Shown: positions 1-9,735, counted from the stretch's first letter. The stretch: DNA of 60,103 bases from Gemmatimonadaceae bacterium (GCA_044224875.1 JBGAJQ010000029.1:1-60103), one strand, 5' to 3'. A program made the numbers and translations. The notes: generated by a model not told the origin, from the sequence alone.

Positions 1-330
1 CGGGAGCCTTACGCGACGGACCGCCATCCAGACGGCGTAGCCGCAGGGCCGGATATTCCCCAAGTGAATCAAGCCCGTCCCGGCGTCGGCCTGCCGAACG
101 ATCGACTGAGACCACCGAACCTGGTTCAGGAAGCGCTTGGCGTCGGCGAACGGGAAGGCTTCGCGCGCGATGCGATACGGTTCGCCACCGTCAAAGGCGG
201 CGGCGTCATGGGATGCCACGGTGGACACCACCACTTCGTCGGGGGCGAATCGCCGGCACAACTCGACATGTCGACGGGCGATGCCGCCGAGGTCTGGACC
301 GAAATCCTGTGTGACAAAAAGATGGCGCAC
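1..330 (-). CDS. Glycosyltransferase family 4 (PimB-like), 5' part; runs off the window edge
   Basis: Not in the ORF track. Manual translation from GTG at 330 gives MRHLFVTQDFGPDLGGIARRHVELCRR..., open to position 1. The N-terminal 'VTxDFxPxxGGI' motif is typical of GT4 enzymes. It starts 1 nt after the stop of the upstream GT2 gene. Confidence 0.8.
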   Translation of the reverse strand, partial: MRHLFVTQDFGPDLGGIARRHVELCRRFAPDEVVVSTVASHDAAAFDGGEPYRIAREAFPFADAKRFLNQVRWSQSIVRQADAGTGLIHLGNIRPCGYAVWMAVRRVRLP

Positions 331-331
331 G

Positions 332-1099
332 TCAGTCGTCACGCCGCCGTCGCATGCCCAAGTCCCAGAGCATCGCGTACTTCGTAGCGACACTGATCGC
401 CGCCAGCACGGCCAGCAGCACGCCTCGCGTCCCATCGAGAATCCCGCCGCGCAACACGAGCATCGAGAAGAACCGAGCGGGTGGTCGCGTCATCACGCTC
501 CATACGGACGCTCGGCGACCACGTGCAAAGTGCTGTGCAGCCCACCCGCGGCTGTACCGACCGAGCTTCTCCATGTACTCGTCGAGCGACGCGTACGGGA
601 CGTGGATGAGCGATTCGCGCAGTTGACCGACACTCCCCGTCGTCACCACGTGCTCGTGCACGGCTCGGTCGTCATAGCGTTGCGATCGATCGAACAAGCG
701 CACGGGCCGGTCACGCTCCCAGCCACCGTGCCGAATCTCACGGCCAAGAAAGAGGTTTCGCCGTGGCACGCGCCACGCGGTGACACCATGTGGTGCGGCC
801 AACCGGCTCGCCACCTCGTCACCTAACGAGGGCGTGCCACGTTCGTCGGCGTCCACGACCAGGATCCACGGCTGTGTGGCGCGCGCGATAGCCGCGTTGC
901 GCTGGCCACCGATCGTGACAAAGGGATGACTGAACACCGTGGCCCCCGCGGCGGTCGCCTCCGGCACGGTGGCGTCCGATGAATCGTTCTCCACCACCAG
1001 CACCTCGGCGGCGAACGCGACGCTCCGCACGCAGGCACCGATCTGCTCAGCCTCGTTGCGAGCGGCGATGACCACCGTCACGGGAACCTTTGACGTCAT
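332..1099 (-). CDS. Glycosyltransferase family 2 (WaaE/KdtX-like LPS glucosyltransferase)
   Basis: VTVVIAARNEA start, DSSD, WILVVDADE (DxD), VHE and LIHVPY..YMEKLGRYS, all WaaE-like motifs. Confidence 0.88.
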   Translation of the reverse strand: MTSKVPVTVVIAARNEAEQIGACVRSVAFAAEVLVVENDSSDATVPEATAAGATVFSHPFVTIGGQRNAAIARATQPWILVVDADERGTPSLGDEVASRLAAPHGVTAWRVPRRNLFLGREIRHGGWERDRPVRLFDRSQRYDDRAVHEHVVTTGSVGQLRESLIHVPYASLDEYMEKLGRYSRGWAAQHFARGRRASVWSVMTRPPARFFSMLVLRGGILDGTRGVLLAVLAAISVATKYAMLWDLGMRRRRDD

Positions 1100-2187
1100 C
1101 GCGTCCCACCAACGCCCGCCCCGGCTCCCACCGGCACACGAGCGCGCTCACGAACGCGCCGGGCCGCCTGCTCCAACACCGTAGCAACCTGTCGATCCGA
1201 ATAGTCGCGCTCCACACGCGCCCGCGCGGCCATCCCCATCGCCGCGCGCCGCGACGGCGAGGCGAGCAACACGGATAATTCGGCGGCAATGCGTGGCGGT
1301 TCGAGTGCCGGCAGGAGCACCGCGTGAATGCCATGGGCGACGTAGCGCTCGGTTTCCGGCTTGCGCAGCGCAATGAACGGAATCCCCGACGCCATGAGAT
1401 CCAGGCAGCCGAGGATTTCCTCGTCACCGTGCCCGACCACGCACCCAATGGTGCCGTGACGCATCGCCGGCTCGCGCGCCACAGCATCGCTGATCCACTC
1501 GACGTGTTCTGCCACGCCAAGCGACGCGGCATGCAATTGGACCTCTGGGTCGCCCGCCGCTCCACCCACCACCGCCAGCCGCAACCTTGGATATCGCTCG
1601 CGCAGGAGGGCAAAGGCGCGCAGCAACTCGCCGAGTGATGCCGTCCGGGTGGTGCCCGCGGCGCAGACAAGCCGCGGTGTGATCTCGTCGTCGGTATCGG
1701 CGGGTTGGGCCGGCACTCGCACGCACATTGGCGCCGCCACGACGTCCCCACCGCCAATCAGTGGACGCACGCTCCCCGCCGTCGCCACCAAGTAGGCCAC
1801 GGTGGCCCGGCGTTCCGCCAACCGGGCACGCCAGTGACGTTCGAGGGGCTCGTTCGTGGCCACACGACGCAAGAGTACGGGACGACTGTCTCGACGTAGC
1901 GCCCACGCCGCGCCGAGCAACTCGGACTCCGACGCCACGGCTATCAGGTCGGGATGTTGGGCGGCCATGATCCGTTTGAGCTCGCGCGAGCGCCGGTAGG
2001 GATTGCCCCGCTCCGCCACCGACACGGTCTCCAGTCCGAGGGCCCGTGCCACGCGTTCCACGTCGCCATTCGCGACGGTGGCGACCATCGCGCTGTGCCC
2101 CCGCGACATGAGTGCCACCCCGCCATCCACCAGGGCCCGAGCGCTCCCATCGAAAATCTGTCCCGCCACGACGAACAGGGCCCGCAC
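1096..2187 (-). CDS. Glycosyltransferase family 4-like protein (divergent)
   Basis: GT-B C-terminal pattern (LDLMASGIPFIA, MGMAARARVERDYS); overlaps the next gene by 4 nt. Confidence 0.75.
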   Translation of the reverse strand: MRALFVVAGQIFDGSARALVDGGVALMSRGHSAMVATVANGDVERVARALGLETVSVAERGNPYRRSRELKRIMAAQHPDLIAVASESELLGAAWALRRDSRPVLLRRVATNEPLERHWRARLAERRATVAYLVATAGSVRPLIGGGDVVAAPMCVRVPAQPADTDDEITPRLVCAAGTTRTASLGELLRAFALLRERYPRLRLAVVGGAAGDPEVQLHAASLGVAEHVEWISDAVAREPAMRHGTIGCVVGHGDEEILGCLDLMASGIPFIALRKPETERYVAHGIHAVLLPALEPPRIAAELSVLLASPSRRAAMGMAARARVERDYSDRQVATVLEQAARRVRERARVPVGAGAGVGGTR

Positions 2188-2190
2188 GAC

Positions 2191-4020
2191 CTAACGAGCC
2201 GGCAGGGAGATGGCCGCCGCTGGCAGGGACGTGCCAGCATCTGCCTCTTGCACCATCGCCAACCGCGCGTACATGCCGCCGTGCGCCAGCAGCTCGCGAT
2301 GGGTGCCCCGCTCCACCACGCGCCCGCGATCGAGCACGAGGATTTGCGTCGCGTGCTGGATCGTCGACAGCCGGTGGGCGATAACGAACACCGTGCGACC
2401 GGCCAACAGCCGGTCGATGGCATCCTGAACCAACCGCTCGGACTCCGTGTCCAGCGCGGACGTCGCTTCGTCGAGAATGAGGATCGGCGGATCGGTCAGC
2501 AGGGCTCGCGCGATGGCCAGCCGCTGGCGCTGGCCCCCCGAAAGCCGGGTTCCACGTTCGCCAACGACGGTGTCATACCCGTTAGGCAGCGAGACGATGA
2601 AGTCGTGGGCATTCGCGGCGCGCGCCGCGGCCTCGACCTGGGCCGCCGTGTACCTGCCGGGCGCACCATAGGCTATGTTGTGGCCGACGGTATCGTTGAA
2701 CAGCACGGTGTCCTGGCTGACGATGCCCGTGAGCGCGCGCAGCGAACCGAGGGAGAATTCCCGGATGTCCACGCCGTCAAAGCGGATGGCGCCGCCGGTC
2801 GGCTCATAGAAACGGGGAAGCAGGTCGACCAACGTGCTCTTTCCCGCGCCACTCGGACCAACCAGGGCCACGACCTCACCCCGCCGCGCCGTAAAGGTGA
2901 CGTCCCGCAAGACTTCGGCATCGTCGTAGGCGAACGACACGCCCTCGAAGGAAATCCGTTCGCGTGGGGCGGCGGCGGTCCGGCCGCCGCGGTCCTTCGC
3001 GAACTCGTCCGGCGTATCGAGGATCTCGAAGAGTCGGTCCGCGGCCGCCAGTGACTGCTGCGCCACCGTCGGCACCTGCGACAGCTGCTTCAACGGTTGC
3101 AACATGCGCATCACGAGAATCAGGAAGGCAATCAGCATGGACCCCGACACCGTGCCCGTCAGCAGCACCTCTCGCGCCCCAATCCACAGGATCGCAACCG
3201 CGATCGCCGTCCCCACGGTCTCCGTGATCGGCTGAGCGAGGTAGGCGATGCGTGTCACGCGCACCATGCCCCGCGCATACTGGTCGCTGGCCTGACGAAA
3301 ACGTCCCTCCTCGAACCCCTCGGCGCCGTAGGACTTCACCAGGCGGATGCCCGTGACGCTCTCCTGGACGATCGCCGTCATGTCGCCATACTGGTTGCCA
3401 AGACGCTTGTGTCCCTTGCGCAACTTGCGCAGCAGCGGCTGCAACAAGCCGATGAGAATCGGCGCGATGACCAGCGACACCAGGGCCAGCCGCCAGGAAA
3501 TGGCAAACAGTGCCACGATCGTGGTCACCACCACCGCCGCACTCTGGATGGAGCGCGTCACAGCCTCGGTGATCACCTGCTTCGTCTGGGCGGAATCGGT
3601 GAGGATCCGGGACAGGATCTGTCCCGCCTTGGTGCGAGTGAAGTACGCGAGTGGGAGGCGCTGCACGTGGGCGTAGACGGCGTTTCGCAGGTCCCGCGTC
3701 ACGTACTCCTGGAGCGACGCGCCCAACTGGCCGCTCATCCACACCAATACATTCTTGAGCGCTACCGCGGCCAGGATCACCAGGATGACGTTTCGCAGCG
3801 CCCCCATCTTGTCGTCGGGGTTCAGGAACACGCCAATCACCCGCTGCTGCAACTGACTGATCGGGCCGGCCGGGGTCGTCGTCCCGAAGATCGCGTCCAG
3901 AAAGGGGATCAACAGGGTGAACGAGAAGACGTCGAGCACCGCCGCCCCAATGTTGCAGGCGACCGTGCCCACCATGCGCCACGCATGCGGCCGGAGGAAA
4001 CGCAGGAGCCGAGCGTACAT
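2191..4020 (-). CDS. msbA: MsbA-like ABC transporter (permease + ATPase)
   Basis: N-terminal TM domain, Walker A GPSGAGKST, LSGGQRQR signature, ILILDEATSALD; next to LPS glycosyltransferases. Confidence 0.85.
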   Translation of the reverse strand: MYARLLRFLRPHAWRMVGTVACNIGAAVLDVFSFTLLIPFLDAIFGTTTPAGPISQLQQRVIGVFLNPDDKMGALRNVILVILAAVALKNVLVWMSGQLGASLQEYVTRDLRNAVYAHVQRLPLAYFTRTKAGQILSRILTDSAQTKQVITEAVTRSIQSAAVVVTTIVALFAISWRLALVSLVIAPILIGLLQPLLRKLRKGHKRLGNQYGDMTAIVQESVTGIRLVKSYGAEGFEEGRFRQASDQYARGMVRVTRIAYLAQPITETVGTAIAVAILWIGAREVLLTGTVSGSMLIAFLILVMRMLQPLKQLSQVPTVAQQSLAAADRLFEILDTPDEFAKDRGGRTAAAPRERISFEGVSFAYDDAEVLRDVTFTARRGEVVALVGPSGAGKSTLVDLLPRFYEPTGGAIRFDGVDIREFSLGSLRALTGIVSQDTVLFNDTVGHNIAYGAPGRYTAAQVEAAARAANAHDFIVSLPNGYDTVVGERGTRLSGGQRQRLAIARALLTDPPILILDEATSALDTESERLVQDAIDRLLAGRTVFVIAHRLSTIQHATQILVLDRGRVVERGTHRELLAHGGMYARLAMVQEADAGTSLPAAAISLPAR

Positions 4021-4052
4021 GTCCTAACGAGGGGAGCGTGCGGCGCGTGCCA

Positions 4053-5642
4053 CTAGGCGCGTCCGTTCGGTGTCAACAAGGCCAGGGGAACGATGCACTC
4101 CTCAGGCGTGACCCCGCCATGCAGAAAACTCCCCCGATAGCGACTCTGGTATTCGCGCAATTTGGTCGGGTAGACAAAGAACGTATTCCCGGCCGCCAGC
4201 AGCGTGTTCGCGCCCAACCCGCGGCGCGGCAGCCGCAACAAGTCTTCGTTTGGGAACAGCAACGCCTGCTCGGCGCGCTCGGGGCGCAGGTCCTCGCCAA
4301 ACTTGTAGCGCAGGTTTTGCGTCGCATCGCGCTTCGCAAACACCGTCGCCGGCGACGTACAGTGGATCGATCCGTGATCGCTGGTGAGGACCACGGTCAC
4401 TTTCCGGCGCGCCGCCTCCTTCAACAGGCTGAAGAGCGCGGAGCGTTTGAACCACTGCTCGGTCAGCTGCCTGAGTGCGATTTCGTCGCGAGCCACTTCA
4501 TACAGGATCGCCGACTCCGACCGGCCATGGGTTAACAGGTCCACGAAATTGAACACGAACGCCCCGATTCCCTCGATCGGAATCGCCGACGAGATGCGCC
4601 GCTCCAGGTCCTCGGAGTCCTGCGGCGTGGAAATTTTCTCGTACCGCAACGGCACCGAGAGCTTCATCTCCTTCAACTGCGCGTCCAGCAACTCGCGTTC
4701 GTGTGCATTCAGGGTCTCGTCGTCGCGCTCCCCCCACCAATCGGGGAAGCGCGCCGCGATCTCGCCGGGAAACAGTCCGCTGAACAGGGAGTTTCGCGAG
4801 TATGGCGTGGCCGTCGGCAGGACGGCGAAGTAGTGCGTGGTCTCCACCTCGAACAGCGGCGCGACGATGCGTTCGAGCACGCGCCACTGGTCCAGGCGCA
4901 GGCAGTCCACCACCACCAGGGCCGCCACCCGCTTCTCCTTCAGGACGGGAAGGAGGAATTCGCTCACCACGTCGATCGACAGCGGGGGCCGATCGCCCTC
5001 GAGGTTCTTCAGCCACTGCGGATAGGCCCGGTACATGAACTGGGCAAACTCGCGGTGCATGTCTGGATACAGGCCGCGCAAGGATTCATACAACCCCGGC
5101 TCGCCCGCGTCCGCCAGCTCCACATCCCATCGCATCAACTCGTCGAATCGTTCAATCCATCCGCGCCAGTCGAGCACCCGGTCACGCTCCAGCTCCATCG
5201 CCCGGAACCGGTCCACGAATGAGCGCGCGACCGCCTGCTGGCGAATGCGTGTGCCTTCCAGGATCTTCGTGACCACGGAGAGCACCTGTCGTGGATTGAC
5301 CGGCTTGACCAGGTAATCAGCCAGCTGCGCGCCTAACGCCTCGCGTAAGGTGGCGTCCTCCTCACTCTTCGTGACCATGACCACCGGCAGGCTGGGCGCG
5401 ACGTCCCGCACGTCCCGCACGGTGTCCAAGCCGCGGCGCCCCGGCATCTGCTCGTCCAGGAGCATCACATCGTACGACCGTCGCCGCAGCATTTCCAAGG
5501 CGTCGTCGGCGTTTGTGGCCACGGCAACTTCGTATCCCTTGTCCGCCAGAAAAACCCGATGCGGTTCCAGCAGCTCCGCCTCGTCGTCCACCCACAGGAC
5601 GCATTTGGGCGGCAGGGCAGCCTTCGGTGAGGGTGCAGGCAT
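4053..5642 (-). CDS. Response regulator with C-terminal PglZ/alkaline-phosphatase-superfamily domain (PorX-like)
   Basis: N-terminal REC (VLWVDDE, LLDEQMPG, KP) plus PglZ motifs VVDCLRLDQW, LPTATPYSRN, FNFVDLLTH, TSDHG, FLHGG. Confidence 0.85.
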   Translation of the reverse strand: MPAPSPKAALPPKCVLWVDDEAELLEPHRVFLADKGYEVAVATNADDALEMLRRRSYDVMLLDEQMPGRRGLDTVRDVRDVAPSLPVVMVTKSEEDATLREALGAQLADYLVKPVNPRQVLSVVTKILEGTRIRQQAVARSFVDRFRAMELERDRVLDWRGWIERFDELMRWDVELADAGEPGLYESLRGLYPDMHREFAQFMYRAYPQWLKNLEGDRPPLSIDVVSEFLLPVLKEKRVAALVVVDCLRLDQWRVLERIVAPLFEVETTHYFAVLPTATPYSRNSLFSGLFPGEIAARFPDWWGERDDETLNAHERELLDAQLKEMKLSVPLRYEKISTPQDSEDLERRISSAIPIEGIGAFVFNFVDLLTHGRSESAILYEVARDEIALRQLTEQWFKRSALFSLLKEAARRKVTVVLTSDHGSIHCTSPATVFAKRDATQNLRYKFGEDLRPERAEQALLFPNEDLLRLPRRGLGANTLLAAGNTFFVYPTKLREYQSRYRGSFLHGGVTPEECIVPLALLTPNGRA

Positions 5643-5775
5643 GTGGTTGAATGTACTCGGAGTGGGGCGCCGTTGGGCGCCGATCGCGATACAGGTGCAC
5701 GGCCTGCAAGGGAGTTCTGACCGCGGATCGCACTCCAGCGTTTGCCGCGTGGCTGCGGCGGCCTAGATTGCGGTC

Positions 5776-6183
5776 GTGCAAACGCTTCCGCCATACGCCG
5801 TTCGCCCACCGGAGTTCCGGCTGCGTGCGCTGACTCTCCTCGTGAGTCGGCTCGCCTTGGGCGGCCCGCGCGAGATCGCGCTCGCCGCGCTCATGGGAGC
5901 GCGCTTGGCCAACACGCCCGATCTGCTCGATCTTCCTCCCGCCGCGCGACGTGCGCGGTGTGCCGGTGCGCGCGCGTGGGCAAGTTCGCTGTCCATCCCC
6001 CCATCGGTGAAGACGGCACTTTTGAGTGTGATTCAGGCCACAGAGGACGCCAATCGAGACGCCCTGCTCGCCGCACTCGACGCACTGACAGCAAGCGCCG
6101 AAAGCGTGCTCGATGCGCCGTCTCGGGGCGAACTGAAGCGAGCCGTACACGAGACTGCCCCACGCGAGGTGAGCCCCGCATGA
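5776..6183 (+). CDS. Hypothetical protein, alpha-helical, 135 aa
   Basis: Fills the gap ahead of the DnaB-like gene; its TGA overlaps that gene's ATG (ATGA); codon pattern looks coding. Confidence 0.65.
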   Translation: MQTLPPYAVRPPEFRLRALTLLVSRLALGGPREIALAALMGARLANTPDLLDLPPAARRARCAGARAWASSLSIPPSVKTALLSVIQATEDANRDALLAALDALTASAESVLDAPSRGELKRAVHETAPREVSPA

Positions 6184-7103
6184 GTGGAGACAGCGACCGT
6201 CCCTCGGGAGGCGAGACGCCGACCCTGCAATTCCCGATTCGTGGTCGAACGGGAGAGAAAGCGGCCGCGCCGAAGGCACCTGATCCGGCGGCACACTTTG
6301 AGGCGTTAAGCGACGGCTCGGCGAAGGGAGAGACGATACCGACGGGTTTTCCCAGTCTCGACGCGTTGTTGGGCGGCGGGATGCGACGCGGCGACCTCGT
6401 TGTATTGGGCGGCGACGTCTCCAGCGGCAAGTCGGCGTTGGCGCTGGCGATTGCCTTGCGCGCGTCCACCAACGAGCGGACCGTCGCCTTCCTGTCAGGA
6501 GAGATGACACCCGAGCGAGTGATGGAGCGCGCTCTCGCGCTCGAGGGGCGTGTGAGTGTCGACGAACTCCGGGCCGGCGAGCTGACCGATGCCGCGCACA
6601 CGTCGGTGGCCACTGCCTCCCTGAGGCTCCGCGACCACGGGCCAGTGCTCGTGAGACTTCCCGATAGCGGGTTCACCGGGGTGTCCGACCTGACGGTCGA
6701 GCACCTAGGGCTGCAACTGGTGGTTGTGGATGCGCTGCAATCGCTGGCGACAGGGGCCGCGACGTTGGAGGAGGAGCTGGCGCGTGCCGTGCGGGAACTC
6801 AAGGATCTTGCCGTCAGACGCAACTGCGCCATCCTGCTCGTGTCGCACATGACCGGCACACCGCGCGGGCGGGCCGACGCGCGTCCGACTCTGGAAGACT
6901 TTGGCGCGCTTGGCGCCCTGCGCCAGCACGCCGATGTCGTCGCCGCCGTGTACCGCGAGGAATTGTACAACGCCGCGCCAGGCATCCGCGGGGCCACGGA
7001 GTTGCACCTGTTGAAGAACCGCAATGGCCCGACGGGCTACGTCGACCTCTATTTCTACAGCAAGTGGCTGCGTTTCGAAGATGTGATGGAGCCAGAGCGC
7101 TGA
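6180..7103 (+). CDS. DnaB-like helicase, C-terminal domain only (degenerate paralogue)
   Basis: IPTGFPSLDALLGGG, Walker A-like GGDVSSGKS, FLSGEM, VVVDALQ, RQHADVV, KNRNGPTG. Start placed at ATG 6180. No N-terminal DnaB domain. Confidence 0.8.
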   Translation: MSGDSDRPSGGETPTLQFPIRGRTGEKAAAPKAPDPAAHFEALSDGSAKGETIPTGFPSLDALLGGGMRRGDLVVLGGDVSSGKSALALAIALRASTNERTVAFLSGEMTPERVMERALALEGRVSVDELRAGELTDAAHTSVATASLRLRDHGPVLVRLPDSGFTGVSDLTVEHLGLQLVVVDALQSLATGAATLEEELARAVRELKDLAVRRNCAILLVSHMTGTPRGRADARPTLEDFGALGALRQHADVVAAVYREELYNAAPGIRGATELHLLKNRNGPTGYVDLYFYSKWLRFEDVMEPER

Positions 7104-8113
7104 GCGGCCGCCGCCTGGCCCTCGTGCTGGCGCTTGGCGTCAGCTGCGCGCCACCCCCGCAACCGGTCGTCGCGCCTCCTCCGCTTCCGCCAGCACCAAC
7201 GCCGGTCGTTCCGATCAAGCCGGTGACACCGGCCACCGGCACGGTCCCCGTCGGCGACTCGACCGCGCTGTACTACGACATCCAGGGCTCCGCGGCGGAC
7301 ACCGTCGTCGTGCCCTTGGGGGTCTTTCTCGACTCCGCCCTCGCGCCCCTCGCACGAACGCACACCGTGGTGTTCTACGACCCGCGGCAACGCGGGCGTT
7401 CCACCCACAGCGCCGATACCACACGCTCGACCTTCGCCGCCGATGTCGAGGACCTCGAGCGCGTGCGCTCCGAACTCGGCCTGTCGCGCATGGCTCTCGT
7501 TGGCTTTTCCTACTATGCGGCCGTCGCCGCCTCGTATGCGGCGGCGCACCCGCAGCGCGTCACGCGCCTCGTCCTGCTCTCACCGATTGAGCTGACGGAC
7601 TCCCTCGCACAACACCGAGACGGCGCTGCCGCCATGTCACGCATCGACACCGTGCAGGCCCGGCGCCTGGTGCGTTGGCGCGCCGCCGGCAAGGACACCG
7701 TGGACGCAACCGCCTACTGCCAAGCCTACTGGACGGTAAACGCGCCCGTTTACGTGGGAGATACGGCGCACGCCAAACGCGTGCGCACCGACATGTGCTC
7801 GCTCCCCAACGAGGGCATTCGCAGTTTCGCGCAGCACATGGCGTTGGTGCTGCGGTCCATGGGACCGCGTCGCGACCTGACCCGCGCGGCCAATGCCGTG
7901 ACTGCCCCAACGCTCGTGATTCGAGGCGATCGCGACCTGGTCGCCAACCCCGAAGGTGCACGCGCGTGGGCCGCGGCGATTCCCAACGCGCGCTTGCTCA
8001 CGATTCGTGGTGGCGGCCATCTGGTGTATGTGGACGATCCCGGCGTCATCACCCGCGCACTCACGACCTTTCTTGGTCAGGCGTGGCCCGACGCCGCCGA
8101 GCAGGTGCGATAG
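7064..8113 (+). CDS. Alpha/beta hydrolase, probably exported or a lipoprotein
   Basis: Hydrophobic leader ending LGVSC, Pro-rich linker, YDPRQRGRS, elbow GFSYY, TLVIRGDRD, GGGH. Confidence 0.8.
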   Translation: MAAFRRCDGARALSGRRLALVLALGVSCAPPPQPVVAPPPLPPAPTPVVPIKPVTPATGTVPVGDSTALYYDIQGSAADTVVVPLGVFLDSALAPLARTHTVVFYDPRQRGRSTHSADTTRSTFAADVEDLERVRSELGLSRMALVGFSYYAAVAASYAAAHPQRVTRLVLLSPIELTDSLAQHRDGAAAMSRIDTVQARRLVRWRAAGKDTVDATAYCQAYWTVNAPVYVGDTAHAKRVRTDMCSLPNEGIRSFAQHMALVLRSMGPRRDLTRAANAVTAPTLVIRGDRDLVANPEGARAWAAAIPNARLLTIRGGGHLVYVDDPGVITRALTTFLGQAWPDAAEQVR

Positions 8114-8121
8114 GTTCACGA

Positions 8122-8880
8122 ATGCCCGCCAAGAAAAGCTCCGCGAGCAGTGCGAAGAAGCGAACGCGTGTCGTCAAACCGCAAAAGCCCGTCGACGCGA
8201 CGCTCGAGGACGAGGCAGCCGTCGCCAAGAAGGCACCAACCAAGGCACGCCACACCCCCGCGGAAACACTCGCGGTGGCCGAATCGCCGCCGCCCAAAAG
8301 CGTTCACGAACCGGCACCAAAACCGGTCACCGATAGCCAGTCAGCTGAACCGGTCCATGCGCGCCATCAACGCCAACCAGCGGACCTCGGGCGCGCGCTG
8401 GTCTCGGCATTCCTGACCAACGAGCGCGTCAATCAACTCCTGCTGGACATCGTGAATCCGCGAATCTGGCGGATGCATCCGCCGAGTTCGCGCGGGCGCA
8501 ACATCGCCACCGCCTTCGCGCACATCCACAATGTCCGCTGTATGCGCATCAAGATGTCCGCCCGCTCGATCATCGCGCCGGACCCCCTGGACCGTGGAAC
8601 CGCCTCCGTTGACGAGGTCCGCTGGTCGTTAGGTAGCAGCGCGCGCGCCATGGTGAGCCTGGTGGAGGAAGGGCTGGCCGACGGCGGGCACGTTCGTGGC
8701 TCACTACCAGATGTGGTGGCCATGGTCAGTGTTGCCATCGCCCACGAGGCGCATCACCGCGGCCAAATCTGCCATTGGCTGCGTGAACTCGGCGCTCCGC
8801 TCACGCCAGAACAGCAACTCGCCATGTGGGAATGGGATAAGCGGGTTCGCGAAGTCCGCTATCCCCCCGAGAGCCGGTAA
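8122..8880 (+). CDS. DinB/YfiT-family protein with a basic low-complexity N-terminal extension
   Basis: FAHIHNVR and AHEAHHRGQI metal-binding motifs; start placed at ATG 8122 (MPAKKSS...). Confidence 0.8.
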   Translation: MPAKKSSASSAKKRTRVVKPQKPVDATLEDEAAVAKKAPTKARHTPAETLAVAESPPPKSVHEPAPKPVTDSQSAEPVHARHQRQPADLGRALVSAFLTNERVNQLLLDIVNPRIWRMHPPSSRGRNIATAFAHIHNVRCMRIKMSARSIIAPDPLDRGTASVDEVRWSLGSSARAMVSLVEEGLADGGHVRGSLPDVVAMVSVAIAHEAHHRGQICHWLRELGAPLTPEQQLAMWEWDKRVREVRYPPESR

Positions 8881-8974
8881 CCCCTCGCCGTCTCTGATTT
8901 TCGACGGGCCACGGTCCCCGAGTCGGCACCAGCGGTCTATATTTGCTCCCGGAACCTCAGACGGCGCGCGAGAC

Positions 8975-9730
8975 ATGGCTGGCCACAGTAAATGGAAGCA
9001 GATCAAGCACTACAAAGCCGCGACGGATGCGAAGCGGGGTGCAAAGTTCACGAAGCTCATTCGTGAGATCACGGTAGCGGCAAAGGCCGGCGGCGGTGAT
9101 CCTGGCGGGAACCCGCGCCTCCGCACCGCCATCGACACGGCCAAGGCCGCGTCCATGCCCAAGGAGAACATCGAGCGGGCGATCAAGAAGGGAACCGGCG
9201 AGCTGGAAGGCGTCGACTATGTCGAGGTCCTGTACGAGGCCTTTGGTCCAGGCGGCGTCGCCCTCATGATCCAGGCGTTGACGGACAACGCCACTCGGAC
9301 GGTCGCCGAGGTCCGGCACAAGCTTTCGCGAGGCAACGGCAACATGGGCGCCTCCAACTCTGTGTCGTGGATGTTCGAGCGGAAGGGCCAGTTGTACCTG
9401 GACGCCTCCCGGTACGAGGAGGACGCCACCTTGGAAGCCGCACTCGAAGCCGGTGCGGCCGACTTCGCGAAGGAGGACGACCAGTACGTGGTGAGCACGG
9501 ATGTTCCGTCGTTTCACACGGTGAAGACGGCGCTCGAAGCCAAGGGCATCGTCGCCACCGAATCCGAGATCGCGTGGATTCCCAAGCAGACCGTTCGCGT
9601 CGAGGGCAGTGAGGCCGAGTCGGTGTTGAAGCTGATCGAGGCCCTGGAGGAACTGGACGACGTGCAAAAGGTCGATGCGAACTTCGACATCGACGCCAGC
9701 GTGATCGAGGGGCTGGGAGCCGGAAACTAG
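8975..9730 (+). CDS. yebC: YebC/PmpR family DNA-binding regulator
   Basis: MAGHSKWKQIKH, NPRLR, YEAFGPGG, LEELDDVQ; directly upstream of ruvC. Confidence 0.95.
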   Translation: MAGHSKWKQIKHYKAATDAKRGAKFTKLIREITVAAKAGGGDPGGNPRLRTAIDTAKAASMPKENIERAIKKGTGELEGVDYVEVLYEAFGPGGVALMIQALTDNATRTVAEVRHKLSRGNGNMGASNSVSWMFERKGQLYLDASRYEEDATLEAALEAGAADFAKEDDQYVVSTDVPSFHTVKTALEAKGIVATESEIAWIPKQTVRVEGSEAESVLKLIEALEELDDVQKVDANFDIDASVIEGLGAGN

Positions 9731-9735
9731 GGCGC

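Noticed and set aside
4053..5642. BREX defence system, suggested by the PglZ domain
   Set aside because: The PglZ domain is fused to a REC domain (PorX type), and no brxC, pglX or brxL genes are present.
5362..7024. Long antisense or alternative-frame ORFs (e.g. 5362-6510, 5891-7024, also 16733-18037, 35617-36951, 53408-54850)
   Set aside because: Shadow ORFs typical of high-GC DNA. They overlap well-supported genes and have no recognisable motifs.
5776..7103. Prophage or plasmid replication module, suggested by the DnaB-like gene
   Set aside because: No integrase, phage or partition genes, no attachment repeats and no visible composition shift; the flanks are housekeeping genes.
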